DNA of 64,000 nucleotides from an uncultured Muribaculaceae bacterium (GTDB lineage: Bacteria; Bacillota_I; Bacilli_A; RF39; UBA660): NCBI GenBank assembly GCA_964533935.1, contig CAZHOG010000003.1:40531-104530 (forward strand), in the 5' to 3' direction. Shown piece after piece: positions 60,246-64,000 of the stretch. A program made the translations under genes and the position numbers. The notes beneath the pieces are model-generated. The model had not been told where the DNA came from and searched no databases. It saw only the letters and a program-made list of their open reading frames with translations. Every line of letters starts with the position of its first letter. The first letter of the stretch is position 1.

Positions 60246-60890
60246 TTATATACTATTAAATTGACGCATTTTTTCTAAACTTCTTTTTTCATAGCGAGAA
60301 ACCTTTGCTTGTGATAAAGATAATTTTTTTGCAACTTCTTGTTGAGGTAAATCTTCATAATATCTATAAGTAATAATCTTTTTTTCTTCTTCTGTTAATT
60401 GATTTAAACTTTCTTCCAAAATTAATTTATCATCAAGAGATATTGTTTCATTATTACTAAGAGTTTCACACATACTTCTAGTATTATCTAAATCATTATC
60501 TATACTTATAGTATTTCCAATATTTGTAGCCATATCTATTAATTCAATATCTATATTTAAATATTTCGATAATTCTAAATTATTAGGTATTTTATTAATG
60601 TTTTGTGCTAATGAATATCTAGTCACTTCAATCTTTTTATAAAGTTTTATTAAATCTTTACTTACTTTATAATGTTTTGAACAATTAACTAAATTATACA
60701 TTTCTCCAAATATATAATCATATGCATATGTTGAAAACTTTGTTGTACCATTTTCTTGATAGTTTTTATACGCTTTTAAAACCCCTATCACACCAACTTG
60801 ATATAAATCATCCATATCTTCTTTATAAAACTTATTGGCAATCTTATATATTAATTGTTTATTTAGATTTATTATTTCTAATGTAGTCAT
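60246..60890 (-). CDS. Sporulation-type group 3 sigma-70 factor (SigF/G-like, short)
   Basis: Region 2 DLYQVGVIGVLKAYKNY...FSTYAYDYIFGEM. Region 4.2 QQEVAKKLSLSQAKVSRYEKRSLEKMR. Confidence 0.75.
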   Translation of the reverse strand: MTTLEIINLNKQLIYKIANKFYKEDMDDLYQVGVIGVLKAYKNYQENGTTKFSTYAYDYIFGEMYNLVNCSKHYKVSKDLIKLYKKIEVTRYSLAQNINKIPNNLELSKYLNIDIELIDMATNIGNTISIDNDLDNTRSMCETLSNNETISLDDKLILEESLNQLTEEEKKIITYRYYEDLPQQEVAKKLSLSQAKVSRYEKRSLEKMRQFNSI

Positions 60891-60899
60891 GTTATCTCC

Positions 60900-61232
60900 T
60901 TATATTCTTAATAAATTTAATGCTGTTAGTTCACTGCTGGTTTCTTTAAAACCAGCTTTTTTAAAGACCTTATTATATTCCTCAGGTATTTCACAAACAT
61001 ATAATTTACCTTTATTACTTTTTACTGCACACTTAGTATTTAACATTGCATCTAATCCTGAATCATCGATATTATCCAGTAAAAAACAATTATATACTAA
61101 ATACTTAATCTTATGCTTTAAGATAACTGGTACTAAATAGTTATTTAATTTATAAGAAGTACTACGATTTAGAATACCATTTAATCTTACAAATAGTATT
61201 CCATGATTATACTCCATATCCATTCTTAACAT
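60900..61232 (-). CDS. STAS-domain anti-sigma-factor antagonist (SpoIIAA-like)
   Basis: ~110 aa, LLDNIDDSGLDAML (DSG phospho-serine motif region), 9 nt upstream of the sigma gene. Confidence 0.6.
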   Translation of the reverse strand: MLRMDMEYNHGILFVRLNGILNRSTSYKLNNYLVPVILKHKIKYLVYNCFLLDNIDDSGLDAMLNTKCAVKSNKGKLYVCEIPEEYNKVFKKAGFKETSSELTALNLLRI

Positions 61233-61285
61233 TTTCTTTCACCTTTGCTTTATCACTATACAATAAAAAAATATAAAATAAAATA

Positions 61286-61298
61286 GATTCGACAAAAC
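61286..61298 (-). promoter_or_regulatory. Spo0A-box-like element upstream of the STAS/sigma operon
   Basis: The minus strand reads GTTTTGTCGAATC, which contains TGTCGAA, ~55-65 nt upstream of the STAS start codon. Confidence 0.45.
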
Positions 61299-61318
61299 AA
61301 GACAAAAAAAGAAGAAAA

Positions 61319-62773
61319 TTATTTATCTTCTCCTTTAATAATTGTATCGATTTTTTCTTTAGCTTCATTAACGCTATTAACATCTGGTTCCATTACATAT
61401 GATTTAGCTGTCTTATAAGAATAAGTATAATTAAATGAATCAGTACCAGTTAAATTACTTGTTTCTATCTCCCAAGGATCAATAGTTTTAATTTGTTTTT
61501 TTATAAATGCTTTAATACTATCATCGTCAATATTAGTCACGAAACTTCCATTAACAGATTTTAATATTGAGTTATATTTTGTAATCAATGTTGGTGACAT
61601 AACTTTATTTATTATAGCTGTTAATACTAATTGTTGATTTTTATTTCTTGTTCTATCGCCTTCTGCAAATGCTTTTCTTTCTCTACTAAATGCAAGCGCA
61701 GCATCACCATCTAATTTATTAATGCCTTTTTTAAACTTGTATTTAGAATCAAATGTTGTAAAAGCATATGGTGAATCAACTTCTATTCCACCGATTGAAT
61801 CAACTATTTTAATTAGTGATGAAAAATTAACTTTAAAATAGTAATTAATATCACAATCTAATAAATCTTCAGCGGTTTTAACAGATGTTTCTATTCCATG
61901 AATACCAGCATGAGTTATTTTATCTTTATAAGATGTTATTCCATGAAGATATACATAATAATCTCTTGGAATTGATGTTAATAATATTTTATTTGTTTTA
62001 GGATTAATTGTAACAACCATATTAACATCACTTCTTGAAACACTGCTTATACTACCATAAGTATCAATACCAGCTATAAATACACTAAAAGGTTGTTTAG
62101 TAATATCTACATCCTTTGTATAATCAGTTACTGAAATATCTATAGAAAATTTATATATTACTTTTGTATTTTCTGCAAATGACTCATCATCTTCATAGGC
62201 AATATTTAAATAAGTATCCTCTATCATAATTACACTAAGATCTTGAGAATTAAGTAAATCTTTTAGTTCACCAATATCATCTTTATTTTCATAAGTAACA
62301 TTTACTTTTTTATTTAAATAAGCTTTTGCTTCTTTAACTCCATCATTACTCTTAGGATTTAATATCCCAACACTTTCATCTTTTATATCTTTTATAGAAT
62401 CATATTTACTACTTTTAAGAACTACCAAACTATAATTTTGAGTTTTATAATCTTTAGAACCTATCTTTTTTAAGAACCCTATTGTATTTAATTCATAAAC
62501 TATTCCTAAAACAATACCTATTATTAAAAATATTGAAATAAATGTACCAAACATTCTTTTTTTCCAACCTTTTCCTAATAGCATAAAACTCATTAAGCCA
62601 TCAATTAGAGCAAATATAACACAACATATAATGAAATATTCAGTTGGTAAAACATTTATAAACCAGATTAATCCTAAACAAATAATACTAACTAAAACTA
62701 ATGCACTAGTTAAATATTTAAAAAACATCATACGATTGTTTTTTTTCTTTTTACTTTTATTTTTCATAAGCAC
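61319..62773 (-). CDS. LytR-CpsA-Psr (LCP) family protein
   Basis: N-terminal TM helices, SIPRDYYV, INYYFKVNFSS, ALAFSRERKAF. Confidence 0.78.
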   Translation of the reverse strand: MLMKNKSKKKKNNRMMFFKYLTSALVLVSIICLGLIWFINVLPTEYFIICCVIFALIDGLMSFMLLGKGWKKRMFGTFISIFLIIGIVLGIVYELNTIGFLKKIGSKDYKTQNYSLVVLKSSKYDSIKDIKDESVGILNPKSNDGVKEAKAYLNKKVNVTYENKDDIGELKDLLNSQDLSVIMIEDTYLNIAYEDDESFAENTKVIYKFSIDISVTDYTKDVDITKQPFSVFIAGIDTYGSISSVSRSDVNMVVTINPKTNKILLTSIPRDYYVYLHGITSYKDKITHAGIHGIETSVKTAEDLLDCDINYYFKVNFSSLIKIVDSIGGIEVDSPYAFTTFDSKYKFKKGINKLDGDAALAFSRERKAFAEGDRTRNKNQQLVLTAIINKVMSPTLITKYNSILKSVNGSFVTNIDDDSIKAFIKKQIKTIDPWEIETSNLTGTDSFNYTYSYKTAKSYVMEPDVNSVNEAKEKIDTIIKGEDK

Positions 62774-62830
62774 TCCTATAACGTATTTTAATTATACCAC
62801 TACTTATTTTTCTATCAGAATAATATTATA

Positions 62831-64000
62831 TTACTTTACATTATTTTGATTTAATTCTTGATAATGTAAAACAATATTCTTATCATAGTATTTAATTTGT
62901 CCAGAAGGAAGTAAAAGTATTCTTTCAATTCCTAAATTATCAACAAATTCAACATTATGGCTTACTACTAACATAGTTCCAGAATAGTTTTTAAAGGTGT
63001 CGGCAATAATTTTTTGGGTTTCCGGATCCAAATGATTTGTTGGTTCATCCAATAATAATAAATTAGCTTTTAATACTGCTATTTTAGCAAGTGCAACTCT
63101 ACTTCTTTCTCCCGGAGAAAGAACATTAATTTTTTTATTAATATCATCACCATGAAATAAGAAACATCCTAAAATACTTCTTAATTCAGGTAACAATAAT
63201 CCACTATCTTTAAAATTATCAATAATACTCAAATCATTATTTAATATTTCATGCTCTTGGGCATAATAACCAATATCCACTTTATCATTAATAATTATTT
63301 CACCACTTAATGGAACCAATTTTTCCATTATTAGTTTTAATAACGTTGATTTTCCAACACCATTTTCTCCAACAATCAAAAATTTTTCGCCACGAGATAA
63401 ATCAAATGTCAAATTTTTAATAATTACATTATCACTGGTATATCCAAAATTTAATTTTTTTACACAAACTGGAGTAACACCACTAGGATGATCTATTTGC
63501 ATTTTAAAATTTGAATTTTTATATTTCTTTTCAATAACAACTTTTTCTTTTTCTAATTTTTCAAGTTTCTTTTGTCTATCTTTAGCTATATTAGCTTTTT
63601 TTTCATTACCTCTTATATACTTAGTAATAATCTTTTTTAATTTTTCTTCTTCTCTTTCTTGTTTCTCTAATAATTTAAGCTGAGCTTCTTCTCTCTCTGT
63701 TTTAATTTTTTTATACTTTTCATAATTTCCTGGAAATAATTCCATCTGATGAGATACTTTATCTAAATATAATGTTGATGAAGTTACTTCATTTAAAAAT
63801 TCTATATCATGGGATATTACCATAGTCATTCCATCATATTTTTTTAAATAATTAATTATATAATCTTTACTTTCTTGATCCAAATGATTGGTTGGTTCAT
63901 CTAATAAAATTATTTCTGGCTTAGAATATAATAATCTTGCAAATGCTATTTTAGATTTTTGACCACCAGATAAATCAGCTAATTTCATATCTAACAATTC
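62831..64000 (-). CDS. ABC-F family ATPase, partial (N-terminus beyond window end)
   Basis: Two ABC signatures (LSGGQKSK, LSPGERSR), Walker A GENGVGKST, and a K/E-rich inter-domain linker. Confidence 0.82.
   Translation of the reverse strand, partial: ELLDMKLADLSGGQKSKIAFARLLYSKPEIILLDEPTNHLDQESKDYIINYLKKYDGMTMVISHDIEFLNEVTSSTLYLDKVSHQMELFPGNYEKYKKIKTEREEAQLKLLEKQEREEEKLKKIITKYIRGNEKKANIAKDRQKKLEKLEKEKVVIEKKYKNSNFKMQIDHPSGVTPVCVKKLNFGYTSDNVIIKNLTFDLSRGEKFLIVGENGVGKSTLLKLIMEKLVPLSGEIIINDKVDIGYYAQEHEILNNDLSIIDNFKDSGLLLPELRSILGCFLFHGDDINKKINVLSPGERSRVALAKIAVLKANLLLLDEPTNHLDPETQKIIADTFKNYSGTMLVVSHNVEFVDNLGIERILLLPSGQIKYYDKNIVLHYQELNQNNVK

Noticed and set aside
24930-62849. Other shadow ORFs (24930..25160, 38287..38532, 48102..48413, 51685..52077, 51707..51910, 55256..55444, 60835..61140, 62631..62849)
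   Set aside because: All are antisense to or nested in better-supported genes and have no RBS or motif support.

Overview
Very AT-rich (roughly one-quarter GC by eye) chromosomal segment from an endospore-forming Bacillota member. I cannot name the species from the sequence. Almost all genes are on the minus strand. The core backbone includes gmk, pyk, trmB, a ybxB-like methyltransferase followed by rpoB-rpoC, ftsK/spoIIIE, nifS-thiI, a ttcA-like PP-loop enzyme, dacB-spmA-spmB, uppP, rmuC, a gerA-type germinant receptor operon, a STAS protein plus sporulation-type sigma factor, an LCP protein and an ABC-F ATPase. I saw no rRNA, tRNA, CRISPR array, transposase or integrase. The first ~8.3 kb is an accessory patch holding three stacked systems. 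(1) A three-gene operon: a membrane-anchored, coiled-coil McrB-family GTPase, a McrC/DUF2357-like partner with no recognisable nuclease domain, and a translationally coupled TasA-like secreted protein that runs off the window. (2) Two tandem ~389-bp copies of a type I toxin-antitoxin-like module, each with a 26-aa hydrophobic peptide ORF and a convergent structured sRNA. Each toxin promoter is preceded by a Spo0A-box-like 13-mer that also occurs upstream of the STAS/sigma operon. (3) A complete diversity-generating retroelement (DGR): target gene with C-terminal VR, then TR, avd and RT. Its target is a SipW-type-signal, TasA/camelysin-like protein carrying a DUF1566/C-type-lectin-like variable tip. 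TR/VR differences are strongly adenine-biased, but they also include a 3-nt indel and a few silent non-adenine mismatches. A frameshifted paralogue of the target with a decayed VR lies at 26.0-27.2 kb.
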